Part shown: one piece after another, positions 12,933 through 25,611 of the stretch
How positions within the stretch are numbered: the stretch's first letter is position 1
How the letters are laid out: every line of letters begins with the position of its first letter
Source of the DNA: Octopus vulgaris
Taxonomy: Eukaryota
DNA length: 64,000 nucleotides
Reading direction: 5' to 3'
Assembly (NCBI GenBank): GCA_951406725.2
Contig: OX597817.1
Span: 104,160,001-104,224,000 of the forward strand
Made by a program: the position numbers and the translations under genes
The notes under the pieces: model-generated
Databases searched by the model: none
The model's input: the letters and a program-made list of their open reading frames with translations, nothing else
Told to the model about the DNA's origin: nothing

Positions 12933-13871
12933 CTGTAAATATTCCAAATATCACAGAATAAAAGATTTGTAAAGGATAAATTTCAAGGAATGGGAACACT
13001 AAGGTACCAATTCCACAAATCACTAAGGAGGTTGCATATAATATAATCCGGTTAATTCGTGGGTTATCAGAGAGATAGCCAAATACAACTCGACCAAATG
13101 TATTTGATACACCTATTACTGATACAAGCATGGCAGCTTTGTTAGGGTGTAAATTTTTTTCTAATGCATAGTCTGGTATATAAATGTAAGGCACTATATA
13201 TCCAACAGAAATGAAGAAATTTGAGATAAGGAAGATAACAAAGATTGGGTCTGTCAATAATGCAGGGTTCAATGTCTGCTGAAATATAGTCTTTGTTTCT
13301 TTCCAGCATCCTCCACTTGCCTGACCTTGTTCATGGAGTGAGAGGACACTCATTGAGATCACTGAAGCATGGCTTTGGAAAACTGAAACATTTAATAAAC
13401 CACTGCCACTAAAGGAACGTCTGGATATGCGAGACCTGGTTCCCCCAACAGAATATTGGGAATGACGAGAATCTATACTCAGCTTTCTTGTAGCCAAATT
13501 ATTTTCACTTTTTGTTAAATTTACTATTTCATCTGGAGTAACAGAAAGTTCTTTTCTTTTCTTTATATTTATATTTCCATTTTGGAATGTTTTTTCAGAA
13601 ACAGGTGATATAGATTCTTTTGGTATTTTGGTTTTAGGCAGAGGCTTGAATAAAGCTCCACACAAAATGCAGTTCAAAATAAGACCTGCACTTATCAGAA
13701 CAGCACCTTTCCAACCATAAAAGTTCAACAGAAATTGAGACAATGGAGCAAATATGAATGTTCCAATACCAGCTCCACAAACAGCTAATCCAGTAGCAAA
13801 AGACCTTCTTTTTTCAAAATAGAACCCAACACACACAATGGCAGGGAGATAAATAAGTCCCATACCAATAC
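12933..13871 (-). CDS. SLC16/MCT transporter, coding exon 3 (939 bp)
   Basis: Boundaries tatttgcag|GT ATT GGT ATG ... TTT ACA G|gtaagg. Contains MCT motifs GLIYLPAIVCVGFYFEKRRSFATGLAVCGAGIGTF, YGWKGA, a Ser-rich central loop and GRVVFGYLSD. Confidence 0.96.
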
Positions 13872-15821
13872 CTGCAAATAAAATAATGAAAATATAAAAT
13901 AGTTAGGTCTGGTAACAACATTACTACTAAAAAAAAATAAACTTATGAGAAGACGATTCTGTTTGTCTATCAGTTTGTCTATTGCTCTCAGTAAATGCAA
14001 TGATACAAAACTCTAGACATCAGAGTTGCTTTTTCTTCAACTAATAAAAATATCAATATTCTGCTTTATGAATTAACTTTCACATTTGTTTGTGAATCTA
14101 AACCTGTCTGTCTGTTTGTCTGTCTATCAAGCTGTCTGTATATTAGAATATTATAAACTTTTTTAATATTTTCACATCTTGAAAGATATAAACTTTGATT
14201 CTCATTGAAGATATTTGCATTTTTCATCAAACTCTGTTTGTTCTTAAGAATTGCATATGCTAGTGAATGTCTGCTTGTATGTGTGTGTGTGTGTGTGTGT
14301 GTGTGAGGTTGATTGTCATTTTCTTTTCAAACAAAGTATTTTTGTTGAAGGAAATATATTTGAATAGATGCAGCATTATTGAGAACTGTTTAGAAGAATT
14401 CCTAAAGAAGTTTTAATATATTTACATTTATTACTTATTTATATACAAAATAATTGAATATAAATTAATATATTACAGCTCACATAAACAAAAAATATAT
14501 TACATACAATATATTACAAATAACAAACTTATGTCTGCTTTAAACTTATATACAGAATAACTGTAAAACAATCATAACAGTATTTGTGGTTTGATGAAAA
14601 TGAGTTTGTCAAATGATAGAAACATTAAATTTCCCAAGGTTGGTCAGCATCAGAAATTAACATTACAATCATTTTATTTTTGGTGTCTGTTACACATCAA
14701 AAACAGACAATTGTTGATAAAAGGCTGAGTATTTCTGGTGACTCCAGTGGCTCTGGTGATATTTAGATACAACCAGTTGTTTCATAAATGTCTGAACATT
14801 ACTTTCAGAATTGTAACCAAACTGCTATGTTGCCCGAAACATGTTACGTTAGGAAAATACAAATTGTGAAGGGACGAAAAGTAGATTGTAGAAAGGATTG
14901 ACAAGATCAGATCAGTCATTAGTCAATCTTTGCTGCAAAATGCATGTTTTATCTGCTGGAGGTTAGTTCACCACCACCACCACCACAACCACCGCTACCA
15001 CCGCCACTGCTGTTGCCGCCACCACCATCACCACCATCGCCATAACTGCCCCCCCCAACTACTACTGATACTGATGCTGATGCTGCTAAGGTACTGCTGT
15101 TATCTAGCACAGTGGTAGGTATTAAGTGCCCTGCTAAAGACTAACTTATGTTACAAATGAGAAGTTAAGTGAAACAAAGATAACCTGGTCATTTTTTTTT
15201 TTTAAACTTCCATAAAACTGATACATTGTATTTCATTTCTAACTTATCAAAATAAAATTTGTGTTGAACCCTCCAAAATAAATATTATTTGTTTAAAATA
15301 CAGTTGAAGTCAAATATTATTTGTTTAAAATACAGTTGAACTTTAAACATAAGCAAACATTTAGATCAGTTGAAATAAGCTTGGGAAATATTTTATCTGT
15401 GCAAAAGGCATATTCACTGCTAATTTGCTGTGGGGAACCTTTCTCGCTATAGGTATTGAAAATCCCAACAACCATTTCAAGGTACACTCTTTCAGCAGAA
15501 CAATGAATGCATTTCTAGATTCCTGGCTATCACTAGCACCATGGATTGAAAGAAGGCATCTTGAAATGACTGTTGGTGTTTTTCAACACTAATTACCTCA
15601 AGTAAGAAAGGTTTTCCAAAGAAAATTAACAGTAAATATGGCCTTTTTACAGGCCAAAAATGTCCCAAACATATTTGAAATAATCTAAATGTTTATATGC
15701 AATACTGCTTTCATGGGCCCACTACAATATTGAACATAATGTTTTTTCTTCAGAATATTAGAATAGCAAAAAATATTCTCTATAATGCACAGAATTCAAG
15801 ATAATTAAAGTGTTTACATAC

Positions 15822-15965
15822 CTCCTAGAATACCAAAGGAAAAATAAAGAAAGTATACATTATTGACAAATATGCTAATGACAAAACCAAATGTGGTGAG
15901 TAAGCTTCCAACAACAGCCACTTTGCGACATCCATACACATTAGTCAGAGCTCCGGCAACGGGAC
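15822..15965 (-). CDS. SLC16/MCT transporter, coding exon 2 (144 bp, absent from the ORF track)
   Basis: Boundaries tatttgcag|GT CCC GTT GCC ... CTA GGA G|gtatgt. Translates GPVAGALTNVYGCRKVAVVGSLLTTFGFVISIFVNNVYFLYFSFGILG, the MFS TM2-TM3 loop motif. Phase 1-1, in frame with both neighbours. Confidence 0.93.
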
Positions 15966-17070
15966 CTGCAAATATTTAACAACACATTTACATTTTCATT
16001 TTAAAATATATAACAGAATAAGAAATAAGGTATAAAAAATTTCCTAAGTAACTTTTAGAGTTTATCTTATAAATTTGAATTAGTTTACTAATCCACATGA
16101 GATTGCCTTTGGTTCTGTAATACAAACTCCCTGCTTTAAAATTATCTAAATTAAATCCTTCCATGAAAATTACATGTTAATTTTTGTTCCAAACACCAAC
16201 TTAATAGTGACAAAATTATTTGACAAAATTTTTCATTGTTCTCAAAATTCATTGGAACAAAGGCAATTTCTTTCAAAAGAAATAGGGGAAAAAATGGGTT
16301 CAAATTTAGCTGCTTTCATTAAATCCTCATTAAATGTTATTTTAATATCTGAATTATTATAATGAGAATAATTTAAATGAAGAATTCCAATTTTCTCAGC
16401 TCTGAATGCATATATTGTCATTGGCACTGAGCATTCCCTCTGGTATTGTGTAATATAAAATGAGCAAGAATTGAGACTATGGCTCTGTGATATAGCAATA
16501 AATCAACCAGGAATTGATATGTAGTTCAGATAGTGCCAACACATTCTATACATGGAGCATTAAAAAGTAAAGAAAAATATATCAGTCAATGAATAATACT
16601 ATCTTAATTGTTTGACAAGCATGGGAGACAATTCTTGAGATGTTTTAGTCCTATTATGATTCCTTCAGTGAAACACAAACTTTACTGTACTTGCCAAAGT
16701 AGAGATGAAAGAATCACTAAGAAGTTGTACAACATTGTATATTGGTTAGCATAAGAACATAGGATTATTTTGAGAATAAGAAACTTAGAGACACCATCTG
16801 CTTGAAAAACATCAGTTAAGTTGATGTTAATATATCTAACACAAAGAGCATTAAGATATCAATCTGAAGCAATTATTTAACAAAAAAAATAATACAATAA
16901 TAATCAATTCATAGTTGATATTGTTTCAATAGGCCTGATTGCTGATTGGCAGCAACACGATCAAATTATATGCTGTAAAAAAAAAAGAAAGAATGAAGGC
17001 TAAAATAGATGATCAGTCTAATGTATAATTTAAATTATCAAATTCTTTTGTTTGTTTGTTTGTGTGTGTG

Positions 17071-17150
<80 letters not shown>

Positions 17151-17658
17151 TGTGTTGATCTTCCAGTAAAATATTTGGATGAAATAAAGATGAGAACCGC
17201 AAGCATTTAAATCAACATAAGAACTAACTATTACCAATTGGATGGTAGAGCATCATTATGTGAAATTACACTTCATAAGTGCACTTCTTCTTGGCTGATC
17301 AAATAGTATTAAAATTGATTATTTCTGAAACAATTTAATATCTGTATTCTAGCACCTGTTGGTATAATACAGAAAATTAATTTCAGTTCATATATAAATT
17401 GTTTAATGTGAGATACAAAAAGTACTTGCAAATTAATATGATGTTACAATAGTTATTCTAGGTGTAGCACAGGTGTGGCTGTGTGGTAAGAAGTTTTCTT
17501 CTCATCCACATAGTTCCAGGATCAGTCTCACAGCATGGCACCTCAGGCAAGTAACTACTATGATAGCTCCAGACCAATGAAAGCCTGGTAAGTAGATCTG
17601 GTCAATGGAAAGTGAAAGGAGCTCATCATATACATACATGCGTATGTATGTATGTATG

Positions 17659-18437
17659 TCACTTCTATTTTTTAGTTATAAGAAATCTTCTATGGAGGAG
17701 GGAGCCAGTTTCCAACAAAGATACAAGACTCCATCATTGGGATGTAGTTAACACTGACAAATTCACATTTGGAACTTAAGAAAAGTTGCATATTTTTACT
17801 ATTCCACTTACAGATTGCACTTGTAATGTATGAATTAGCCGGTCAGTTCCTCTTTCTGAAAATTCCAGTTTATCCAGATTCTCCTTTAAGCATTTACTAA
17901 CAAAACCTAGTGCTCTAATTATTATTTGTATGAATATGAATTCATAGTCTGGATATAGAAGCTGGAGGTTTCGAAGCAGTTGTCCATAGATATCCTCTTT
18001 TTCTTTGATTTTCAAAGAGATATTTATATCTGCAGGGCAGCTGGCCTCTATGATGGCACATACCTTTGCCTCTCTGTCCAAAACAACAATATCTGGCCTG
18101 TTACATTTACATTTGACAGGAGTTTTGATGGGAACATTCCACCAGTATTCCTTGAGTTGGTGCTTATGAATTTATTCCATAACAGAGGGATTTTCTAAGT
18201 TTATTTCAGGACAGTCTTTTTTGTGGATAACATTGTAAATTGTTTTATCAACAACATCGTGTCACATAGGGAGGTAATACCATGATGACATTTTAGGACA
18301 GCTTCTAATCACATGTATGATGTCTTCCACAGAAACATAACATAGCCTACACATGCAGTTGCACCTTGGGATTACGAGAGCATCACTGTCTCTCTTGTTC
18401 ACCAGGTAATTTGTGGCAATCTCTTGTTCCTGGATTG
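17659..18437 (-). mobile_element. R4/Dong-like non-LTR retrotransposon 3' fragment (restriction-like endonuclease)
   Basis: AIQEQEI..CRLCYVSVEDIIHVIRSC (CCHC), *HD, PDIVV..IIEASCP..K..K.Y; flanked by (CATA)n. Confidence 0.8.
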
Positions 18438-19023
18438 CATGTTTGTATGTATGTATATATGTTTGTATGTATGTACATATGTATGTGTGTATATATGTAC
18501 ACATGTATGTGTGAATGTATGAATGAATGTATGTATCTATGTGCGTATGTTTGTGTTTGCCCCTCCCCCCCACTGCTTGACAACTAGTGTTGGTTTGTTT
18601 ACATCCCTGTAAATTAGTGGTTTAGAATAAGAGAGCAATAGAATAAGTACCAAGCTTAAAAGAAAATAACTACTGGGGTTGAGTTTTTTGACTAAAACCC
18701 TTCAAGGCAGTGCCCCAGCAAGGCTACTGTCCAATGGTTGAAACCCCGATAACCATATGTTAGACAATCTTTATTGGTTGTTATAAGAATTGTTGTAGTT
18801 ATTAGTTACTCTCAACATTATCATTTTCATCTACACCAACCTCATCATAAAGTTCCTGTCTATGGAATGGTTATCATGAGATTTATGGCAGGAGGTCTAA
18901 CTTAATCCCAAGGAATTTGCAAAAGATTTTTGCAGAAAGAGATGATGAAAAATTTCTTAATCTCAGCTATCTGAGTCTCAATTCCATTTCCAATGAATTA
19001 TTCAAACCTACAATCTTAAATAG

Positions 19024-19105
<82 letters not shown>

Positions 19106-19438
19106 TTCTTCATTTAGTCTCTATACTTTTAGAATATGGATAGTTTAACTGAGATATTCTACAGGATTTTTCAAGAGTCTTTTTAAAAGTAGTTTCTGAA
19201 TGATGATGATGATGATGATTCTATTTCTTAATTATTTTCTGCCAATATATACTTACTATTAGTAGAGTGTGGGACTTAATACTTTCAAATATTTAGTTAC
19301 GTCCATTTACATTCTAGCCAACTTAGTCCTTCATGGTTGATAGAATAAGTACATATTATCTATTAGATCCCTTTGCCAAAATGTGGGTCTTTGTGTCTGT
19401 GTTAGAAATCATCATCATTATCATCACTTTCATTATTA

Positions 19439-19481
<43 letters not shown>

Positions 19482-19500
19482 CATTATTGTTATTATTATT

Positions 19501-20356
19501 TTTTTTTTCTTCTTTCAAATTTGCTTCCATTTCTTGCCGAGTGTCTTCCCGACTCCTAGGGCAAAGAAACTCATAGGTAGGCCATTAAACTAAACTCAAT
19601 AGTTTGTTCATTTTTTTTTTTTAAGTTAAATTAAAATACATGGGTAGTAATAGTTCTCACATCGACAATGCTCTTCTCAATACGTGTGATGTACTAGTTA
19701 AGACAATCTTTTGCACTTCTTGCAGGGATGGTAAGCCAGGGATCATTCTCATATAATTTTCAGTTCCCTTCTTGATCATTCCTAGTGCTCCTATGATCAC
19801 TGGTATTGTAACCGCCTTGAGATGCTACATTTTCTCAATTTCAATGAGCAGGTCTTTATATTTTCTGAGCTTGTCAAACTCTTTCGCCGAGATATTATGA
19901 TCACAGGGGATGCTCATGTCAATCAATAAGCAAACTTTATTGTTTTGGTCTTTCACAACAATATCTGGTTTATTGGCTTTGATGGTTCGGTCTGTATGTA
20001 CTGGAAAGTCCCACAGAATTGTTACATTTTTTCCTTCAGTTACAGCTTCAGGGTGGTGATTATACCACTTGTCGGCAGTTTTGATATTGTAATGCCGACT
20101 TATTAGCCAGTGTAGATATTGGCCAACTCTGTCATGTCTTAATTTATACTCCACTGGTGCTAAGACTTTACATCCAGAGATTAGGTGGTCCACTGTTTCA
20201 ATCATGTTGTTGCAGAATCGGCATTTTGGGTCTGCTCCATTTTTCATCACATTGGCCTGGTAGTTCCGGGTTAATAGGCTTTGATCTTGAGCAGCCAGGA
20301 TGAAACCTTCGCTCTCTGCTTTTAGCCCTGAGCTCCGTAGCCACTGATGGGTTTAC
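19501..20356 (-). mobile_element. R4/Dong-clade LINE 3' fragment in a (TAA)n tract
   Basis: ORF 19825-20250 encodes CRFCNNMIETVDHLISGC, RHDRV and WDFPVHTDRTIKANKPDIVV..IDMSIP..KLRKYKDL (RLE domain). The 3' end runs into (TAA)n. Confidence 0.9.
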
Positions 20357-20569
20357 TTCTTCTTCTTCTTCTTCTTCTTCTTTTTATTATTATTATCATG
20401 TCTCTCGCTATGTCCTGAGTTCAAATTCTGCCACGGTTGACTTCGCCTTTCATCTTTTCAGAGTTGATAAAGTAAGTACCAGCTGAGTACTGGTTTGATG
20501 TAATTGACTATCCAGCTCCTGCAAATTTCGGGCCTTGTGCCTATAGTAGAAAGGATTATTATTATTATG

Positions 20570-20952
20570 TTTTCCTTCTTTCTTCAAATTTTCTTCCGTT
20601 TCTCGCCAAGTGTTATCCGTACACCTAGGGCAAAGACGCTCATTGTATGAATTCCCAGATTACATATGCAAATTCACAGGTAAAATATGTATTTAAAAAA
20701 TTAATAAATAAATAAATTCATGAATGGATGTTGTTTTCACAGCAATAATGCTCTTCTCAGTACATGAGCCATTCCAGTTAACACGATTTTTTGTACTTCC
20801 TGTAGGGATAGTAAGCCTGGTATCATTTTCAAATAGGTTTCAGTACCTTTTTTATCATTCCTAGAGCTCCTACAATCACTGGTACTGTAGTCGCCTTGAG
20901 ATGCCACATTTTTTCAATTTCTATTAGCAAGTCTTTATATTTACTGATCTTT
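20570..20952 (-). mobile_element. Second R4/Dong-clade 3' fragment
   Basis: KYKDLLIEIEKMWHLKATTVPVIVGALG; paralogous to 19510-19870; (TAA)n on both sides. Confidence 0.8.
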
Positions 20953-20995
20953 TATTATTGTTATTATTATTATTGTTATTATCATTATTATTATA

Positions 20996-21036
<41 letters not shown>

Positions 21037-21037
<1 letters not shown>

Positions 21038-21439
21038 CTCTTTTACTCTCTCTTTTACTTGTTTCAGTCATTTGACTGCGGCCATGCTGGAGCACCGCCT
21101 TTAGTCGAGCAAATCGACCCCGGGACTTATTCTTTGTAAGCCCAGTACTTATTCTATCGGTCTCTTTTGCCGAACCGCTAAGTGACGGGGACGTAAACAC
21201 ACCAGCATCGGTTGTCAAGCAATGCTAGGGGGGACAAACACAAACACACACACACATATATATATACATATATACAACGGGCTTCTTTCAGTTTCCGTCT
21301 ACCAAATCCACTCACAAGGCATTGGTCGGCCCGGGGCTATAGCAGGAGACACTTGCCCAATATGCCACGCAGTGGGACTGAACCCGGAACCATGTGGTTG
21401 GTTAGCAAGCTACTTACCAAACAGCCACTGCTGCGCCTA
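21037..21439 (-). mobile_element. tRNA-derived SINE, young full-length copy
   Basis: Minus-strand head aggcgc..TGGCTG..TGG (A box) and GGTTCAGTCCC (B box), internal (GT)n and a (GAGTAAAA)n tail. Nearly identical to 56603-57022. Confidence 0.9.
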
Positions 21440-21442
21440 TTA

Positions 21443-22821
21443 TTGAAAATGCTTGGGATCTGGTTAGGTCCAGATCTCCAGATAGAGAAGAATTGGAGCG
21501 AGGTGGCGAGAAAGGTGGATCTCCTAACTCAGACATGGTCTGAACGGAATCTGTCCTTGAAAGGGAAGGCGGAGGTTGCAGAAGTGTTTATCGCCTCTGT
21601 AATCACTTACCACCTAACCGTAGTGCCTTGCCCCGATTCGTGGCTGAACAAACTGGAACGCATGCTCTTTCGCTTTTTGTGGAGGGGCAGCAGACCTCTT
21701 GTAAGGCGCTCTATTTGCTGCCAAAAGCCGCTGAACTGTGGGTTAGGGATGCCGTGGCTAAAAATGCGCAGACATGCACTCAGGCTTAGGCACCTCTGGA
21801 TTTACCTGGACGGTGAGCAGGTGTGGTCTCCGTTTGTCAAGCTGTTATTTCCACAGTTCACATCGTTTAACGAACTGAACCCATGGATCAAGTGTAGACC
21901 GAGGTTGGGCATGTGGCATGCAGAGTGCTATCAGGCACTCGTGCTTCTCTCCCAGTCGGGCAACGCCGGTGGCGGGGCTACTACCGCGTTCTTCTATAGA
22001 GGGTTAGTAGAGTTTAAGTGTGACGACGTCCTAGGAGAAACTCTGGGCTTCGACGAAAATCAACTGGCCAGCCTGTTCCAAAGAACATTTGGTCTGGGGC
22101 CTATGGATAATTACCAAAAGTCCCTGGCCTGGCAATGTTACAGAGGAGCTTTACCGGTTCGAGATAAGCTCTTTAGACATGGGTGTGCACCTTCGCCGGT
22201 TTGTGCAAGATGTAAGAGGGACAGTGAAACTGTCCTGCACGCGATTGTGCAAAGCCCCAAGGTGACTGAACTCTGGACTTATGTCGAACACCTGCTGTCG
22301 CATTCGAGAAGAGTACAACTGTCGAGCGAATCTGTAATTAAGATAGTTCCGCCGACCTTCCTGAATAGGGAGGAGCGAGCCTGTTTTCTTTCGGTAGTTG
22401 CTATGGCGAAAGAAGTAGTGTGGAAGACGAGAGTAAAAGGAATTGCAACAGGCATGTTTATCTCCAGTCTCGAGCTAATCGACTTTTTCGTTTCCACATG
22501 AAACGGAAAATAAGGCTGGAGAAGAAATGCCTGTCGCAAAATGTGTTTCGTAAAAGATGGAAGTATATAGCAAGTATGTTGCGAGTGAAAGAACCTGCTT
22601 AATCGAGAAAGTAAAAAAGGAGAAAGCGAAGTCTTCAGTGTGAGTATGTGGTTTATGGGGTCAACCGCGTCCTCCGCTTCATTTTTTGTTATTCACTCAT
22701 TCTCATTTAATTGTATATATATTAATTGTTTGTTTATTCATGTTTCGTCTCATTCGATACCCTGACCCCAACGTTTGTTTTGTCCCCTCTTTTTCTCAAC
22801 CTTATGGTGAATAAAGAAATA
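21443..22821 (+). mobile_element. Tx1/L1-clade LINE, 5'-truncated (RT C-terminus and zf-RVT)
   Basis: KMLGIWLG..WSERNLSLKGK..FRFLW..GLGMP..CARCKRDSETVLHAI; AATAAA at 22810 followed by (CT)n. Confidence 0.9.
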
Positions 22822-23532
22822 CTCTCTCTCTCTCACTCTCTCTCTCTCTCTCTCTCACTCTCTCTCTCTCTCTCTGCTGCTGTCTGTCTTTGTTACCCTC
22901 CTTCCACTATCATATGATCGGTGATGGCCTAAGGCAGTGTCATTCTTTTTCGTGTTGCCTTCAACTGCACTGGTCACGATTTTCTGAGCTCCTAGCTCAA
23001 CCCCTCCCGTGTTTATAGTCCATTATGACAGTTTTCATTTCTCCTTCGCATTACCCATTTTTATTTTATCTTGCAGCCCTAAGGTTTTGTTTTTTTGGCT
23101 ACATATGTATTATTATCATTTTAATTGTTGTTTTCATGTGGCCCTAAGCCTTTATTCTGTTTATTGTTTTCTCCCTCGTCTGTTTACTAACAATCTCATC
23201 TTGTTATGTTTTGGTCTGATTCCTGGCAAGTTTCTTGCCTGTGCCTCCAGAGTGGAAGCAATATTATCGATAATGGCCAAAATTACACTTTGCCCCTCTG
23301 GCCGATAACTGATGAGGAGTTGGTAACCTTCTGTGTTTTCTGTTCATCTGTGTATGTAGTATACATTTGTATGTTCATTTACTACACATGTTTTTTTAAT
23401 TATATATATATATATATATATATGTATGTAGGTATGTATGTATGTATATATACACACACAGATGTGTCATTTTTTCCAACTGTTGTTTTTAATCCTGAAT
23501 ATTTATGTGTGTGTGTGTGTGTGTGTGTGTAT

Positions 23533-23679
23533 ACCAGAGTAAGCACATAGATGTGGAACAAGGTGGAAAAAAAGTGCTCGAATACTAGAGGTAGAGTAAT
23601 ATGCTAAATTAAAAAGCAGCAAAAATATCACAAAAACTGTTACTCAGAGTTTCACTTACCCATTCGTCAGATAGTTTTG

Positions 23680-23680
<1 letters not shown>
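23533..23680 (-). mobile_element. Short (TA)n/(GT)n-embedded Penelope pLTR-like element with a hammerhead
   Basis: A second, truncated copy lies at 24967-25060. Carries the hammerhead motif at 23632-23678. Confidence 0.6.
23632..23678 (-). ncRNA. Minimal type I hammerhead ribozyme, near-intact
   Basis: AAAACTAT-CTGACGA-ATGGGTAAGT-GAAAC-TCTGA-GTA-ACAGTTTT: full core, GUA triplet, stem I 7/8 bp, near-palindromic stem III ACTCTGAGT; stem II is weak. Confidence 0.6.
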
Positions 23681-23719
<39 letters not shown>

Positions 23720-23732
23720 TGTGTGTGTGTGT

Positions 23733-23948
23733 AAAAAGTACCCATGGTAGTGCCATGTTAAAAGCACCTGTGTTGGTGCCATATATAAAGCACCCAGTAT
23801 ACTTTGTGAAGTGGTTGGCATTAGGAAGGGCATCTAGCCATAGAAACCTTGCCAAAACAGACAATGGGACTTTGGTTCAACACTCCAGCTTGCTCTCCGG
23901 TTTCTGTCAAACCATGTAGCCTATGCCAGCATGGAAAATGGACATTAA

Positions 23949-23993
<45 letters not shown>

Positions 23994-24018
23994 GTGATGG
24001 TGGTGGTGGTGGTGGTGG

Positions 24019-24053
<35 letters not shown>

Positions 24054-24106
24054 GTGATGGTGATGGTGGTGGTGGTGGTGGTGGTGGTGATGATGATGAT
24101 GATGAT
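23733..24106 (+). mobile_element. RTE LINE 3' end with expanded (GAT)n/(GGT)n tail
   Basis: ggttggcattaggaagggcatc...agcatggaaaatggacattaaatgatgat; the tail is a duplicated (GAT)n(GGT)n block. Confidence 0.75.
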
Positions 24107-24152
24107 CTTGACTAAAAAAAAAGAATTATTGAGCATATAAAGTGATACTTGC

Positions 24153-24411
24153 CTGTTAAGTATGTCATTGCTGGAACCAAGGAGCCAACCCATGCCATTG
24201 TAGCTTTATCAGTTTGGAAATAATCCACCCATTTTGAGTAAAATATGCCAAGTGAGTATGTGATGCCATCTGCAATGACATGCACAAAAAATGAACCCAA
24301 GACAACCATCCATCCCCAGCCTCCATCAGGAATTTCATATTCAGAATAGTAAGAAAGTGCATCATCTTCTACATATTTTTCTTTATTTTCTTTCTTCGTT
24401 TTGTCTTTCAT
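24153..24411 (-). CDS. Monocarboxylate transporter (SLC16/MCT family, MFS), first coding exon
   Basis: Encodes the MCT N-terminal signature PDGGWGWMVVLGSFFVHVIADGITYSLGIF...AWVGSL. An acceptor (ttcttcattgcag|) lies at 24431 with an in-frame TAG between it and the ATG at 24411. The exon ends CAG|GCAAGT (GC donor), phase 1. Confidence 0.93.
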
Positions 24412-24696
24412 ATTCCAAAATACAGACTAACTGCAATGAAGAAAAGAGTATATTAATATAGCATACAACAGAAACAGAGATAACTATCTTGGTCATTTAC
24501 TGAAAATGAAATTTTAAAAAAAGTATCTATCTATCTACCTGTCTGTCTGTCTGTCTGCCTCTCTGTCTGTCTGTGTACATATATATATGTATGTGTGTGT
24601 GTGTGTGTGTGTATGTGTGCGCGTGTATGTATATATGTATGTATGTATGTAAGTATGTATGTATGTATATATATATATATACATATACATAGATCC

Positions 24697-24742
<46 letters not shown>

Positions 24743-24771
24743 AGATTATGCACGTACGCTGCGAAATATAG

Positions 24772-24927
24772 AATAAACCTTTACATAAATAAATAACGTG
24801 AAATACACGAAGGGACGAACATAAGAGACAGACGGGTCATTCAAAGCCTTCGTTCTTCAGTCAGAAACCGTCTGTCTCTTATGTTCATCCCTTCGTGTAT
24901 TTCACGTTATTTATTTATGTAAAGGTT

Positions 24928-24931
<4 letters not shown>
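24772..24931. repeat. Near-perfect hairpin, 64-bp arms, 32-nt loop
   Basis: 24772-24835 versus 24868-24931 with one mismatch, set among (TA)n tracts. The loop contains minus-strand CTGAAGA (24860-24854). Confidence 0.9.
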
Positions 24932-24968
<37 letters not shown>

Positions 24969-25063
24969 GGAGTAAACACATAAATGTGAAACAAGGTGGA
25001 AAAAAGAGTACTCAAATACCAGTGGTAGAGTAATATGCTTTATTTAAAGCAGCTTTAAATAAA

Positions 25064-25178
<115 letters not shown>

Positions 25179-25200
25179 TATATATATATATATACATATA

Positions 25201-25430
25201 ACAATTGCAGCATGGAAGGTGTTTATAAGCCATTTAAGAAACACAAAAACCGTTAGAGTCACTTTAACATTTAAATTTAATTTGCCAAAATATTTTCTTC
25301 GCTTTGAGACTGCAACCTGTTCACTGACAAAATTCTGTGCTGCATCTTACAAACACCTTCCACACTGCAATTGTTTTCGTTCCAGCACACGATATCAGAT
25401 CAGGTCACTTGCTATGCAAGTACATCTCCG

Positions 25431-25432
<2 letters not shown>
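25201..25432. mobile_element. (TA)n-embedded element with inverted ends (Penelope pLTR-like)
   Basis: acaattgcagcatggaaggtgtttataag (25201) is inverted to cttacaaacaccttccacactgcaattgt (~25346-25374); (TA)n on both sides. Confidence 0.55.
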
Positions 25433-25478
<46 letters not shown>

Positions 25479-25611
25479 AATCATATCATTACTAATTGTG
25501 ACTGAAGGTGCCAAAGCACCTATATTGCAAGAAATAAGAATTAAAAACTCTTAATGTTGCAGGAAGCACAAACTGATAGTGGGGATAACCACTCCATGAG
25601 TATTTCTAGGA

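Noticed and set aside
15280-15340. 29-bp direct duplication
   Set aside because: Ordinary local tandem duplication with no other associated signal.
21212-22501. 429-aa ORF as a host gene
   Set aside because: Chance in-frame fusion of an antisense SINE (first ~77 aa) with a truncated Tx1 ORF2.
23849-24193. Poly-D/G, poly-M/V and poly-I/T ORFs, and the many YIYI/CVCV/THTH ORFs across the window
   Set aside because: Translations of microsatellites.
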